From NCBI GenBank assembly GCA_963660615.1, contig CAVKYE010000001.1, positions 69,954 to 133,953 of the forward strand: a DNA stretch of 64,000 nucleotides. Direction: 5' to 3'. The stretch's first letter is position 1; each line of letters begins with the position of its first letter. The notes under the pieces were generated by a model that saw only the letters and a program-made list of their open reading frames with translations, did no database searches and was not told the origin of the DNA. Source of the stretch: Vescimonas coprocola. GTDB lineage: Bacteria > Bacillota_I > Bacilli_A > RF39 > UBA660. Both the position numbers and the translations under genes were made by a program. Below, one piece after another: positions 29,523 through 39,740 of this stretch.

Positions 29523-29559
29523 AAACATTTTAGTTTTTGACTAAAATGTTTATTTTTTT
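29523..29559. terminator. bidirectional rho-independent terminator between convergent XRE gene (+) and pnp (-)
   Basis: AAACATTTTAG-tttttga-CTAAAATGTTT (11-bp perfect stem) with T-run 29552..29559 on the plus strand and A-run 29519..29525 (T-run on minus). Confidence 0.7.
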
Positions 29560-31679
29560 AGGGTTTCTTTTCTTGATAGGTTTATTCTTCCTTTTTTGTC
29601 ATAGTCTAGGAATTTGACGTCTATTTCATCACCAACTTTGACAATATCTTCGGTTTTTTCTACTCTTTTGGTGTCTAGTTGTGAGATGTGTACTAATCCT
29701 TCACAGCCTGGCCATAGTTCTACGAAACATCCAAATTCTTCTACTTTAATTACTTTTCCTTTGTATATTTTGTTTTTTTCTGGAACTCTTACGACGTTTT
29801 TGATTTTTTCGGCGGTTTCTTCAATTATTTGTTTGTCGGTGTGGTAGATTATTACAGTTCCATCGTCTTCTAGGTCTACTTTAACGGCGTTTATGTCGTT
29901 TACGGTTTTGACGTTGCTTGTTTCTAGGATAATTTTGGTTATCATTTCTCCGCCTTTTCCGATGACGTCTTTTATTTTGTCTGGGTCTATTTTAAATGTT
30001 AGGGTTTTTGGAGCATATTTACTTACTTCTTTTCTTGGCTCTTTTATTGTATCTGTTATGACTTTTAAAACTTTTAGTCTAGCTTTTTTGGCATTTTCTA
30101 AAGCTTCTTTTAAAATGTCTTTGGTTACTCCTTTTATTTTTATATCCATTTGAAGGGCACAGATTCCGTCTTTGGTTCCGGCTACTTTAAAGTCCATGTC
30201 TCCTAGGTGATCTTCTAGTCCTTGGATATCAGTTAGGATGGTGTAGTCTTTTCCTTCGGTTATTAATCCCATGGCTATTCCGGCTACTGGGGCTTTTATT
30301 GGAACTCCGGCAGCCATTAGGCTCATGCAGCCGGCACATATGCTGGCTTGTGATGATGAACCATTACTTTCTAGTATTTCTGATACTACTCTGATTGTGT
30401 ATGGGAATTCTTCTTCTTCTGGGATTACTTGAAGTAAGGCTTTTTCGCCTAGGGCACCATGTCCTACTTCTCTTCTTCCTGGAGCACCATATCTTCCGGT
30501 TTCTCCGACTGAAAATTGCGGAAAGTTGTAGTGAAGCATAAATCTTTTTGAATCTTCTAGTCCAAGTCCATCTAGTATTTGGTGTTCACCTAAAGCACCT
30601 AGAGTGGTTACTGAAAGACTTTGGGTTTGTCCTCTTGTAAATAGAGCTGACCCGTGGGTTCTTGGAAGCAGGTCGATGCTTGCTGATAGTGGCCTTATTT
30701 CGTCCATTTTTCTACCATCTGGTCTTTTGTGTTCTTTTACGACTATTTTTCTAAATTCTTCATATTCAATTTTTTCTAGAATTAGTTTTATTTTGATTAC
30801 TAATTCGTTTAGTTCATCTTTTTCTAGGGGGTTTTGCTCTTTTATTTGTTCTATTACACTTTCTTTTACTTTATCAATTGCTTCTTTTGATTCTAGTTTA
30901 CCTTTTACTTTTAGGCCTTCATATATTCCTTTGGTGGCAAGTTTTCTTACTTTTTCTTCTAATTCTTTTGGTATTTCTAAGGTTTCATATTCCATTTTTT
31001 CTGTACCAATTTCTTTTATTATTTGGTTTTGAAATTTGGTTAGTTCTTTTATGGCTTCGTGACCGAACATTAAGGCTTCTAGCATGTCATCTTCTTTTAC
31101 TTGTTTGGCACTTGATTCTACCATGTTTATGGAATCTATGGTTCCAGCTACTGTTAGGTCGATGTCTGATTTTTCTAGTTCTGTGGTACTAGGATTTATT
31201 ATTAGTTTTCCGTCTACTCTTCCAACTTTTACTCCGGCTACTGGTCCATTAAATGGGATTTTTGATATTGAGGTGGCTAGAGATGATCCGAATAAGGCGG
31301 CTAGTTCTGGAGAGTTGTCTTGATCGACTGAAAGAATGGTGTTTACTATTTGTACTTCATTTTTAAAGTCTTCATTAAATAGTGGTCTTAGGGGTCTATC
31401 TATCATTCTGGCAGCCAATGTGGCGTTTTCGGTTGGTCTTCCTTCTCTTTTTATGAATCCTCCGGGTATTTTACCTACTGAGTATAGTTTTTCTTGGTAT
31501 AAAACCATTAATGGGAAAAAGTCTGATAAGATGTTTACGTTTTTTGAGACTACGACGGTTGATAGGACTACGGTGTCGCCATATCTTACGAGTACTGCAC
31601 CATCTGCTTGTTTGGCGAGTTCTCCTGTTTCTACTATTAGTTTTTTTCCTCTAAAGTCTAATTCAAATGTTTTTTTCAT
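29550..31679 (-). CDS. pnp: polyribonucleotide nucleotidyltransferase (PNPase)
   Basis: Full-length PNPase: two RNase PH domains, KH ([11 protein letters not shown]) and S1 ([15 protein letters not shown]) domains. ATG at 31679 preceded by AGGAGGAAA; the ORF-track extension to 31757 overlaps rpsO and is unlikely. Confidence 0.9.
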   Translation of the reverse strand: MKKTFELDFRGKKLIVETGELAKQADGAVLVRYGDTVVLSTVVVSKNVNILSDFFPLMVLYQEKLYSVGKIPGGFIKREGRPTENATLAARMIDRPLRPLFNEDFKNEVQIVNTILSVDQDNSPELAALFGSSLATSISKIPFNGPVAGVKVGRVDGKLIINPSTTELEKSDIDLTVAGTIDSINMVESSAKQVKEDDMLEALMFGHEAIKELTKFQNQIIKEIGTEKMEYETLEIPKELEEKVRKLATKGIYEGLKVKGKLESKEAIDKVKESVIEQIKEQNPLEKDELNELVIKIKLILEKIEYEEFRKIVVKEHKRPDGRKMDEIRPLSASIDLLPRTHGSALFTRGQTQSLSVTTLGALGEHQILDGLGLEDSKRFMLHYNFPQFSVGETGRYGAPGRREVGHGALGEKALLQVIPEEEEFPYTIRVVSEILESNGSSSQASICAGCMSLMAAGVPIKAPVAGIAMGLITEGKDYTILTDIQGLEDHLGDMDFKVAGTKDGICALQMDIKIKGVTKDILKEALENAKKARLKVLKVITDTIKEPRKEVSKYAPKTLTFKIDPDKIKDVIGKGGEMITKIILETSNVKTVNDINAVKVDLEDDGTVIIYHTDKQIIEETAEKIKNVVRVPEKNKIYKGKVIKVEEFGCFVELWPGCEGLVHISQLDTKRVEKTEDIVKVGDEIDVKFLDYDKKGRINLSRKETLKK

Positions 31680-31722
31680 ATTTCCTCCTATATAAAAGGC
31701 ACTCAAAAAGGAGTGCCTATTA

Positions 31723-31992
31723 TTATTTTCTAAGTCCAAGTTCTTTGATAAGTTCACGATATCTTGTTATATCTTTTTCTTTTAGATATTTTTGTAAACT
31801 TTTACGGTGTCCTACTTTTTTTAGTAGTCCTCTTCTTGAATGATGATCGTGTTTATGAGTTTTTAAATGTTCGTTTAACTCATTGATTTCTTCTGTAAGG
31901 ATTGCGATTTGTACTTCGGCTGAACCGGTATCGCCTTCTTTACGAGAAAACTTTTTTACGATTTCTTCTTTTTTAGCTTTTGTTAATGCCAT
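31723..31992 (-). CDS. rpsO: 30S ribosomal protein S15
   Basis: [70 protein letters not shown] is unmistakably S15. Confidence 0.95.
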   Translation of the reverse strand: MALTKAKKEEIVKKFSRKEGDTGSAEVQIAILTEEINELNEHLKTHKHDHHSRRGLLKKVGHRKSLQKYLKEKDITRYRELIKELGLRK

Positions 31993-32120
31993 TTTGTTTC
32001 CTCCTTTTCTTTTTTTTACGGCTTAGTCCTAGATTAGAAGATGGAGTTCTTTTAATCCAAGATTAAGTTCATTTAATAATATACACTAATTTGGTTTAAA
32101 ATTCAAGTGGTTTGCTATTT

Positions 32121-32807
32121 TTATAGTAACATTTTATAAATAGCTACTACATCGTCTTTGGTATTTAGACGTGGTAGTTCCTTTTTTTGTTTATCTTTTT
32201 CTTCGATTCTTTTGAGATGATTATAGCAGTTTTTTACGCCGTTTCTTTCGACTATTTTATAAAAGTCGTTTGGTTTTAGCTCTAGGTATTTGTTATAGTT
32301 ATAAAATCCTTCGTTGCATAGTATTATAGAAATTATTTTGTCATATGGTTTCTCTATGTATAGTGTTTCTTTTTTTTGATAGAGTTCTATTAAGTCTTTT
32401 TTATCTTTGGTTTTGATTATTTTATCTTTTGTTATTTGATAATTTGTTTGTAATAATGTACTTTCTTTTTCTTTGATGTAGCATTTAGCTCCGTTTGTTA
32501 GGAATATTTGCAGATGATTATTTTCCTTTTTATAGATTGCGATATCTAGTTTAGGCAATGTTTTGAAGTAGTTTTTATATTTATTTTCTATTTGTTTTGT
32601 TGCTTTTTCTAGGGCCATTTTTGGGTTATTTAAGAATAGATGTTTTTTTAGGGCCCATTTTAGGTCTGATATGTACCATTTTAATTTTGCGTCTTGATTA
32701 TTTAACGGGATGCTTCCATCTATTATGAATGCATAATTTTTACTATTTGATACTGCGGTTATGCGGTAGTCTTTTGATTTTTTATTTATTTTGTCTAGAG
32801 TTATCAT
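32121..32807 (-). CDS. hypothetical protein occupying the position where ribF usually sits between truB and rpsO
   Basis: 228 aa; lacks the FAD-synthetase/riboflavin-kinase motifs; function unknown. Confidence 0.4.
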   Translation of the reverse strand: MITLDKINKKSKDYRITAVSNSKNYAFIIDGSIPLNNQDAKLKWYISDLKWALKKHLFLNNPKMALEKATKQIENKYKNYFKTLPKLDIAIYKKENNHLQIFLTNGAKCYIKEKESTLLQTNYQITKDKIIKTKDKKDLIELYQKKETLYIEKPYDKIISIILCNEGFYNYNKYLELKPNDFYKIVERNGVKNCYNHLKRIEEKDKQKKELPRLNTKDDVVAIYKMLL

Positions 32808-33648
32808 ATAATATTTTCCACATCCTTAATTCACCATTTATTTTGTGGTAAATGGCAAGAGGTTTTTCTTCTTTGTCTATGTATAATACTTTGTCTAGGT
32901 TATCTTTTTGTTTGACACCATTTATTATTTGAAATTTTCTTTTGTCATCTACTTTTATTTGTTTTATTTCTAAGGCATCTTTTATAGTTATTATTTTAGC
33001 GTTTTCTATTTCTTCTAGGCTACAAGAATCTTTTATTTGGAATTTTCCTTGGGATATTCTTTCTAGATTATTCATGGTGCCTATGGTATTTAGATATTCA
33101 CATATATCTCTAATTAAACTTCTTATGTACGTTCCTTTGCTTACTTTGCAATAGAATTTGAAGGTGTTTTTATTTTTGTCTAATAGTTTTATGTCGTAAA
33201 TGGTTACTTTTCTTTTTGGAAGGATAATTTCTTCATTGTTTCTGGCATATTCATATAATTTTTTACCGTTTATTTTTACGGCTGAGTATTTGGGAACTTC
33301 TTGCATGTAGCTTGTTTTAAAGTAATTTAGGGCGTCTTTTAATTCTTTTTCGGTTATGTCTTTTGATTCTTTTTTCAATATTTTTCCTTCTACATCTAGG
33401 GTGTCTGTTTGAATTCCTAGTAATACTTCGGCTATATATTCTTTTGTTTCATGGGTTATTATTTCTGATAGTTTGGTAGCTTTGCCTAAACATATTACTA
33501 ATACTCCCCTAGCTAGAGGGTCTAGGGTTCCTGTGTGTCCTGCTTTGGTGTTTAGTTTTTTTTGAACGATGTTTACGGCGTCTCTGCTGGTTATACCTTT
33601 TGGTTTATTTACTATTATGATTCCGTTTTTATTATTTGCGTATTTCAT
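32782..33648 (-). CDS. truB: tRNA pseudouridine(55) synthase
   Basis: GIIIVNKPKGITSRDAVNIVQKKLNTKAGHTGTLDPLARGVLVICLGKATK (TruB catalytic Asp motif HTGTLD). Confidence 0.9.
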   Translation of the reverse strand: MKYANNKNGIIIVNKPKGITSRDAVNIVQKKLNTKAGHTGTLDPLARGVLVICLGKATKLSEIITHETKEYIAEVLLGIQTDTLDVEGKILKKESKDITEKELKDALNYFKTSYMQEVPKYSAVKINGKKLYEYARNNEEIILPKRKVTIYDIKLLDKNKNTFKFYCKVSKGTYIRSLIRDICEYLNTIGTMNNLERISQGKFQIKDSCSLEEIENAKIITIKDALEIKQIKVDDKRKFQIINGVKQKDNLDKVLYIDKEEKPLAIYHKINGELRMWKILYDNSRQNK

Positions 33649-35020
33649 AGATAGTTCCTTCTTTTGTATCTTTTATGTATATTCCTTTTTGTTTTAGGTT
33701 TTCTCTTATTTCGTCGGCTTTTTGATAATCTTTGTTTTCTTTGGCTTTTTGTCTTAGGGCTATTTGGTTTTCTATGTAGTTTTTTTCTTCTTCTTTTATT
33801 TTTTCTTTTTTTAATAAATCTAGGCCTAAAACCTTATCTATGTCTTCGATGATTTGTATCTTTGTTTTTGGGGTGATGTCTGCTTTTAGAACGTCATATA
33901 TAACGGTTATAGCATCCGCGGTATTTAGGTCATTTTCTAGAGCTTGTTTAAATTTTTCTTTATATATGTTTCCTTTTTCTTCTAGAGATCCTTCTTCTTT
34001 TAGAGCTTGAACTTTTTGTTTTAGTTTATTATAAGCTTCTTTGGCGTTATCTAGGTTTTCATATGAAAATAGTAATTGTTTTCTATAGTGTGAGTTTAAG
34101 CACATGTATCTAAAAATTAATGGGTTGTATCCTTTTTCTTCTAAGGTTTTTACGGTTATGAATTCTCCTTTTGATTTACTCATTTTTCCTGTTTTTAAGT
34201 TTAGGTGCTCGGTATGGAACCAATAGTTACACCATTTATGTCCTAAATAACTTTCTGACTGAGCTATTTCATTTGTATGGTGCGGGAATATATTATCTAC
34301 GCCGCCACAATGGATGTCTAGATATTCTCCTAGGTGCTTTATGGAAATTCCGGTACATTCTATATGCCAGCCTGGGTATCCTTTACCAAATGGGCTATCC
34401 CATTTTAGTTCTTGGTCTTCAAATTTTGATTTTGTAAACCATAGGACGAAATCTGATTGATTTTTTTTGTTCTCGTCTTTTTCGACGCCTTCTCTTACTC
34501 CTACTACCATTTCGTCTTCTTTATGTCCTGTTAAGGCGTAATAGTCTTTTAGTTTTGTTACATCGAAGTATATATTACCATTTGATTTATAGGCGTAATT
34601 TTTTTCTAATAATTTTTGAATTATTTTTATATATTCGTTTATTTCTTTTGTGGCAGGTACGACAATATCTGGCCATTTTATATTTAGTTTTTCACAGTCT
34701 TGTTTAAATGCTTGTGTATATCTTTGGGCGATGTCTAAGACGGATGTGTGTTCTCTTTTGGCACCTTTTAGCATTTTATCGTCTCCACTATCGGAATCGC
34801 TTGTTAAATGACCAACGTCGGTTATGTTCATGCATCTTTTTACATTATAGCCTAGATATTTTAAGGTTTTTTCTAATATATCTTCTGAGATATAGTTTCG
34901 CATGTTTCCTATATGAGCAAAGTGGTAGACGGTAGGTCCGCAAGTATATAAGGTTATTTCGTTTTTGTTATGAGGAATAAAGGGTTCTATTTTATGAGTT
35001 AAAGTGTTGTATATTTTCAT
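33632..35020 (-). CDS. cysS: cysteine--tRNA ligase
   Basis: Class I aaRS signatures HIGN (HFAHIGNMRNY) and KMSKS; Cys-binding CGPTVY; 462 aa. Confidence 0.9.
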   Translation of the reverse strand: MKIYNTLTHKIEPFIPHNKNEITLYTCGPTVYHFAHIGNMRNYISEDILEKTLKYLGYNVKRCMNITDVGHLTSDSDSGDDKMLKGAKREHTSVLDIAQRYTQAFKQDCEKLNIKWPDIVVPATKEINEYIKIIQKLLEKNYAYKSNGNIYFDVTKLKDYYALTGHKEDEMVVGVREGVEKDENKKNQSDFVLWFTKSKFEDQELKWDSPFGKGYPGWHIECTGISIKHLGEYLDIHCGGVDNIFPHHTNEIAQSESYLGHKWCNYWFHTEHLNLKTGKMSKSKGEFITVKTLEEKGYNPLIFRYMCLNSHYRKQLLFSYENLDNAKEAYNKLKQKVQALKEEGSLEEKGNIYKEKFKQALENDLNTADAITVIYDVLKADITPKTKIQIIEDIDKVLGLDLLKKEKIKEEEKNYIENQIALRQKAKENKDYQKADEIRENLKQKGIYIKDTKEGTIYEIRK

Positions 35021-35206
35021 ATGTTTCTTCCTTTCTTCTGTTTTTTATTATAGCACATTACTTGTTAATATTCTATTCTTATGCTATAATTATATTGCTT
35101 TTTTTAGTGTTTTTCTTTGACTTCTTTAAAATATTTTTAGAATTTTTGGCTTTTTGCTTGCATATTATTTATTAATGTGTTATTATATAGAAGTCATCTG
35201 AGTTGC

Positions 35207-35283
35207 GGACCCTTAGCTCAGTTGGTTAGAGCATCCGGCTCATAACCGGACGGTCGATGGTTCGAGTCCATCAGGGTCCACCA
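35207..35283 (+). tRNA. tRNA with anticodon CAT (sequence closely resembles tRNA-Ile2 (lysidine) / Met family), CCA encoded
   Basis: GGACCCTTAGCTCAGTTGGTTAGAGCATCCGGCTCATAACCGGACGGTCGATGGTTCGAGTCCATCAGGGTCCACCA: 7-bp acceptor stem GGACCCT/AGGGTCC, anticodon loop CTCATAA, T-loop GGTTCGAGTCC. Confidence 0.85.
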
Positions 35284-35293
35284 TCTTTTATAT

Positions 35294-35378
35294 GCGGGTG
35301 TGGCGAAATTGGTAGACGCACTAGACTTAGGATCTAGCGCCTTACGGCATGGGGGTTCAAGTCCCTTCACCCGCACCA
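35294..35378 (+). tRNA. tRNA-Leu (anticodon TAG), long variable arm, CCA encoded
   Basis: GCGGGTGTGGCGAAATTGGTAGACGCACTAGACTTAGGATCTAGCGCCTTACGGCATGGGGGTTCAAGTCCCTTCACCCGCACCA; acceptor GCGGGTG/CACCCGC. Confidence 0.85.
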
Positions 35379-35390
35379 ATATGTTTATTA

Positions 35391-35414
35391 AAGCCCTTAG
35401 GGCTTTTTCTTTTA
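35391..35414 (+). terminator. rho-independent terminator after the tRNA pair
   Basis: AAGCCC-TTA-GGGCTT followed by TTTCTTTT. Confidence 0.6.
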
Positions 35415-35421
35415 TATTTAT

Positions 35422-36186
35422 TTGGAGGTTTTTATGGTCAATTTTAGTATGCTTTCTTTAGATAAAAAGCTTGCTTTGAAAGATGATACTCATAATAATA
35501 ATGGGAATATGTTTCTTTCTGGTAATCTTTTATATAAAATTTTTGATGGGGTTATTTTATTTGAAGATGAAATTATAAGAAATATTAATTATTTGATTAA
35601 TAATCCTATTTCAAATATGCCTAAAATATATGATACTATTTTTGATGGTGAGATGTTTAAAGGGTATGTTATGGAGTATATAAAGGGTTCTAAAACGTTT
35701 AGAGACGGTTCTTCTTTTTCTTTTTTGGATAAGGTATGCGCTATTAAGGATGTTTATTTAGGACTTAAGGATTTACACAGTAGGGGTATTTTTTTGGGTG
35801 ATATTCATTCTGATAATTTTTTAATTTGTGGAAATAAGGGCTATATTATTGATTTTGATTATATGAGGTTTAAGGGTGATGAGTTTAAGTTTTTTGAGTG
35901 TTATTTGGTTAAGCCCAGAAATTCTTTTAATGTTAATGTTAGTTCCAGGTATACGGATAATGTTAAGACAATGATTTCCTCTTTATCACTTCTTTTAGAC
36001 TATGATTTAGAGATGTTTATTGATGATAGTTGTCTTGATTTGGAAAAGTTATATAATGATGTTATTTTAAAACTTGATAATCCTTTGCTTAATGATTATT
36101 TTTTGAAGATTATGGATGGCGATGATGAGTATTTTGATAATTTTTTGGATAGGGCTTTGGGTAAAAAAATAAACACCAGAAGGTAA
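35422..36186 (+). CDS. small protein-kinase-like fold protein (atypical kinase/APH-like)
   Basis: Catalytic-loop-like LHSRGIFLGDIHSDNFLI and DFD (IIDFDYM), resembling the HxD...N / DFG of protein-kinase-like phosphotransferases. 254 aa; real start may be the ATG at 35434. Confidence 0.45.
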   Translation: MEVFMVNFSMLSLDKKLALKDDTHNNNGNMFLSGNLLYKIFDGVILFEDEIIRNINYLINNPISNMPKIYDTIFDGEMFKGYVMEYIKGSKTFRDGSSFSFLDKVCAIKDVYLGLKDLHSRGIFLGDIHSDNFLICGNKGYIIDFDYMRFKGDEFKFFECYLVKPRNSFNVNVSSRYTDNVKTMISSLSLLLDYDLEMFIDDSCLDLEKLYNDVILKLDNPLLNDYFLKIMDGDDEYFDNFLDRALGKKINTRR

Positions 36187-36198
36187 TTTCTGATGTTT

Positions 36199-37971
36199 TT
36201 ATTTTCTATCTATAAACCAATTTCCACTAACGTCACAGCTGCTTGATGATGGTGGTGGGGTTGGTTTATCTTGTTTTAGTAAGACAGGTACGTGAAAGGC
36301 ACTTCCAAAGGCTATGCATATTCCTGGTTGCAATACTCTTAGCTGTTTTACTACTTCGTTTGTGATGTTTGGTACCATTTGTCTTATATATTCGACATCT
36401 TTTGGGTGAAGTATTTTATAAATAAGAAAGTTTGAACACTGTGAAATACTTGTTTCTGATAGGTCTGATGGTCTTTGGGAAATAAGGCCTAGTACGACGC
36501 CATATTTTCTTCCTTCTTTGGTTATTCTATCAAAGATATTGTACCCTATTAAATTAATGTCATTATCGTTTTGAACATATCTATGTGCTTCTTCTAGGAT
36601 TATATGAAATGGTAGACTTGCTCTTTTGTCTAGATTTTTGGCGTATTCAAATAATAGTTTTGAATATATTTTGGTGATGGTTTTGGCAAATCTATCATCA
36701 ACATAGTTTATGTTGAAATTTATTATTTGAGCTTTTCTACCATTTCCAGCCGATAATAGTTCTTTTATGTAATCGTCTATACTGATATATTCTTTACAAT
36801 TAAAGTATTCGGCGTAATCACTATTTACTAATTCATGTAGTCTTACTTTTAATACGTTGGCTTCATCATAGATTTTTTCGCTGTTTAGTGATCCTTCACT
36901 AATTAGGGCGAAGTCTAGAGCGTCTGATAGGTCTTTTAAACTATATTTGAAAGAACCATCTGGAGTTACTAGTTCGATTGAATCATCTAAAAATGATTGC
37001 ATATATTTTGTTAATAACTCCATTTCTCTTATTTTCCCTGAAGCATCTATAACTAGGCATTGTTTTAAACTTCTTACATATCCTGGTTGATAAATTGTTG
37101 ATTCTAGGTTTAAATCTTTTGTTTTGTAGTTTGAAAGGACGGAAAATACTTGGTCACGTATTTGTGATGATGGTTTGCCACTTGCTAATATATCTAATAT
37201 TGCTCTTGCAATGATATCGTTTTTTTGTTTTATTACGTCTTTTTCTTCTCTGGCAAAGACTGATACTAATTTTAAAGCTTTTTCGATTATTGGAAGTTGT
37301 GTTGGTTTTTCGGCATTTAATAGTAGGGCAAAATCATCAATGCTTAAAAGCCATAATGGTATTTTTAATACTTCACTATCTGAAAACTTTGTGTTTGTTG
37401 TGTAAGCTTTGAATGAAATTTCTGGGGTTATTTTATTTATTTCTTTAAAGGCACTATGATATTCTCCATAAGCATCAAATATAAATATGCTGGCTCTATA
37501 GGCTACGGTGTTTTGTTTTCTGAAGATACTTTGGATTAGGTTGGCTGTTCCCCATGATTTACCACTTCCTGTTGAACCTAAAACGGCAAAGTGGTTGGCA
37601 AAAAAGTCATTTATGTTGAATCCTATTCTTACCCCTTCATATATTGGGCTTTCACCAATATATATGTCCTTTTTTTCATCATAGTTATCAACACTTATAA
37701 TCATTGGAATTTTTTCTTTGGATATAAGTTTTACTGAGCTTGAGAAGGCTGGCTTGGTGATTACACCATAGATGAATTTATTATTTATTATTTGACCTAG
37801 TAATTTTACTGATGCTACTCCATCTTTTAGGCCAATTATTTCTCCTACGAGCATTTTTTCATTATCTTCCATTACGACATGAAGGTTAACTAAGTTTTGA
37901 AATTTATCTACTTCGATGTTTAGTTTTACTGAGACTATATCCTCTTCTATTCCGATGATGGTTCCTAACAT
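36199..37971 (-). CDS. P-loop NTPase of the HerA/FtsK-like (DUF87) class
   Basis: Walker A FAVLGSTGSGKSW, Walker B-like hhhhLEEAH (FHIILEEAHRY); 590 aa. Confidence 0.5.
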   Translation of the reverse strand: MLGTIIGIEEDIVSVKLNIEVDKFQNLVNLHVVMEDNEKMLVGEIIGLKDGVASVKLLGQIINNKFIYGVITKPAFSSSVKLISKEKIPMIISVDNYDEKKDIYIGESPIYEGVRIGFNINDFFANHFAVLGSTGSGKSWGTANLIQSIFRKQNTVAYRASIFIFDAYGEYHSAFKEINKITPEISFKAYTTNTKFSDSEVLKIPLWLLSIDDFALLLNAEKPTQLPIIEKALKLVSVFAREEKDVIKQKNDIIARAILDILASGKPSSQIRDQVFSVLSNYKTKDLNLESTIYQPGYVRSLKQCLVIDASGKIREMELLTKYMQSFLDDSIELVTPDGSFKYSLKDLSDALDFALISEGSLNSEKIYDEANVLKVRLHELVNSDYAEYFNCKEYISIDDYIKELLSAGNGRKAQIINFNINYVDDRFAKTITKIYSKLLFEYAKNLDKRASLPFHIILEEAHRYVQNDNDINLIGYNIFDRITKEGRKYGVVLGLISQRPSDLSETSISQCSNFLIYKILHPKDVEYIRQMVPNITNEVVKQLRVLQPGICIAFGSAFHVPVLLKQDKPTPPPSSSSCDVSGNWFIDRK

Positions 37972-38133
37972 ATAATCACTCTCCTATTATATTAATAATA
38001 TCACAAAGAAAAAGAACTGTAAAGTGTGGGGCTTTAAAGCTTTAGTTTTTTCATATTAAGGTGCTTATTTTTTTGTTTTAGTTAATATATTTTTTTATTC
38101 AAAAAAGTTATAATGAAGTTCACTATAACTCTT

Positions 38134-39093
38134 TTATATTATGGATTTTCTTATATTATAATCTACTTCTTTTGGTAAGTATAGGGTTATTTGGCTATCG
38201 TGTGTAAATTTTATAAATCCGACGCCTTTTATGACTAAGTCATGCTCTTTTTTTATTTCTAGATTTTTATGGTTTAGGTTTGATAGTTTGTTTGTTTTTT
38301 TGTAAATTCTATCTATTTTTATGTTATTTGACATGTAGAATATTAGATTTGTGTTTTTGTGTATGTCGATTCTAAATAGTGATGATATGATGGTTTGGGG
38401 GATTTTGGCTTGTATTACTACTGGTTTTATTTCTTTTTTTGGCATTATTTGGTTTAGGATGCCTTTTGATTTGTTTAAGATGTAGCTTCCTTTATCAAGA
38501 AGGCCTGGGGTGTCTATTATGTTTAAGGTTTCATTTATTTTTATGGTTACTTTATCTAGGGTTGTTGAGGGTAATATGCTTGTGGTTAGGTTTGAGCCTT
38601 CTCCGTAGTTTTGGGCAAGTTTATTGATTAGGGTACTTTTGCCTGCGGATGTGAAACCGATTATGTATACGTTTTGACTTTTTTTATGTTTGTTTATTTT
38701 TTGATAAAGTGAATCTAGATTGTAGTTATTTTTACTGCAAATGGTTATTTTATCTACGATGTTTAAGTTAGGGGTTATTTTGTTTATTAGTTTTGTTTCA
38801 TCTAGGTTTCGTGGAATAATGTCTCTTTTTGCTAGTACTAGTAGGATTGGATTTTCTATTTTTAATTTTGAAAAGTCGGTGTTTAAAAAGTCACATAGTA
38901 ATATGACTAGATCTTTTGTTTTGTTTATTTCTTTTAGGTAGTTACTTCCGTCTTTATCTTTGAAACTATATTCGTTGTAATGGTTTATTCTAAAACATCT
39001 TTCGCAATATTTTTTTGTTATGTCTTTTATGTATCCTTCTTTTTTATTATCAACATTTTGAAGGTGTGCACCACAGCCTATGCATTTACTCAT
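38134..39093 (-). CDS. yqeH: ribosome biogenesis GTPase YqeH (circularly permuted GTPase with N-terminal zinc ribbon)
   Basis: N-terminal CIGCGAHLQ...CERCFRINHY zinc ribbon; G motifs (GFTSAGKSTLINKL, DTPGL). Conserved yqeG-yqeH gene order. Confidence 0.8.
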   Translation of the reverse strand: MSKCIGCGAHLQNVDNKKEGYIKDITKKYCERCFRINHYNEYSFKDKDGSNYLKEINKTKDLVILLCDFLNTDFSKLKIENPILLVLAKRDIIPRNLDETKLINKITPNLNIVDKITICSKNNYNLDSLYQKINKHKKSQNVYIIGFTSAGKSTLINKLAQNYGEGSNLTTSILPSTTLDKVTIKINETLNIIDTPGLLDKGSYILNKSKGILNQIMPKKEIKPVVIQAKIPQTIISSLFRIDIHKNTNLIFYMSNNIKIDRIYKKTNKLSNLNHKNLEIKKEHDLVIKGVGFIKFTHDSQITLYLPKEVDYNIRKSII

Positions 39094-39607
39094 AATATCT
39101 ATCCTTACTAAATAAGTTTTTTTCATGTAGTTTGTCCATTATGTTTTTTTCGATTTTTCTATTTATAAAGGTTGGGAATGTGTCTTTTATATTTATAGGG
39201 TTAACTAGGATGGTTGTTATCCCAAATTTATTGCCTCCTACTATATCGGTAAGTAGTTGGTCACCTATTATGGCGATTTCGTTTGTTTTTAAGTTGTAGT
39301 TTGTAGTAACTTTTTTAAAGTTTTTTTGAAATGGTTTTAATGCGAAATGAATGCTGTCAATATCAAAAAATTCTTTATATTTTTTTACTCTTTTTTTGGG
39401 ACTATTGGAGAAGATGATAACTTTAAAGCCTTTTTGTTTTAAGCTGATGATTAAATCTTTGGCTTTGTTTGGTATATCTAAAGAGTGCGGAGAAACTAGG
39501 GTGTTATCGAGGTCGAATAGTATGCATCTAATGCCTTTTGTGTATAATTTAGAGTAATCTATTGTATATATACTTTTTTGATATATATCTGGTACGTAAA
39601 TATCCAT
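39086..39607 (-). CDS. yqeG: YqeG-family HAD-IIIA phosphatase
   Basis: ILFDLDNTLV (HAD motif I), IIFSNS (motif II), GDQLLTD (motif III). Confidence 0.8.
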   Translation of the reverse strand: MDIYVPDIYQKSIYTIDYSKLYTKGIRCILFDLDNTLVSPHSLDIPNKAKDLIISLKQKGFKVIIFSNSPKKRVKKYKEFFDIDSIHFALKPFQKNFKKVTTNYNLKTNEIAIIGDQLLTDIVGGNKFGITTILVNPINIKDTFPTFINRKIEKNIMDKLHEKNLFSKDRYYE

Positions 39608-39740
39608 ATTTTCCCTCCTTAATACTATTATAATACCATAGTTTTTATGTTTGTTTCAATGTTTTTTTACTAATCCTTTTATAGTCTATAGTTATATCAT
39701 AATAGCAATTATTTTAGTAAAACTGAGAGTTTATCTCAGT

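Noticed and set aside
30604-31695. Several plus-strand ORFs (60-142 aa) inside the pnp locus, and similar antisense ORFs inside the adhesin, methyltransferase, recombinase and cysS genes (e.g. 4765..4950, 10213..10630, 19773..20006, 34171..34935)
   Set aside because: They lie entirely antisense within well-supported conserved genes, have low-complexity Leu/Phe/Ser-rich translations typical of AT-rich antisense frames, and lack RBS. Treated as spurious.
35021-35206. Possible T-box riboswitch leader upstream of cysS
   Set aside because: The leader is only ~185 nt, and I could not find the conserved T-box sequence (AATTAGGGTGGTACCGCG or its complement). Rejected.
37972-38133. GCTTTAAAGC palindrome as a terminator for yqeH
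   Set aside because: It is a loop-less perfect palindrome with only a 3-4 bp effective stem, too weak to call.
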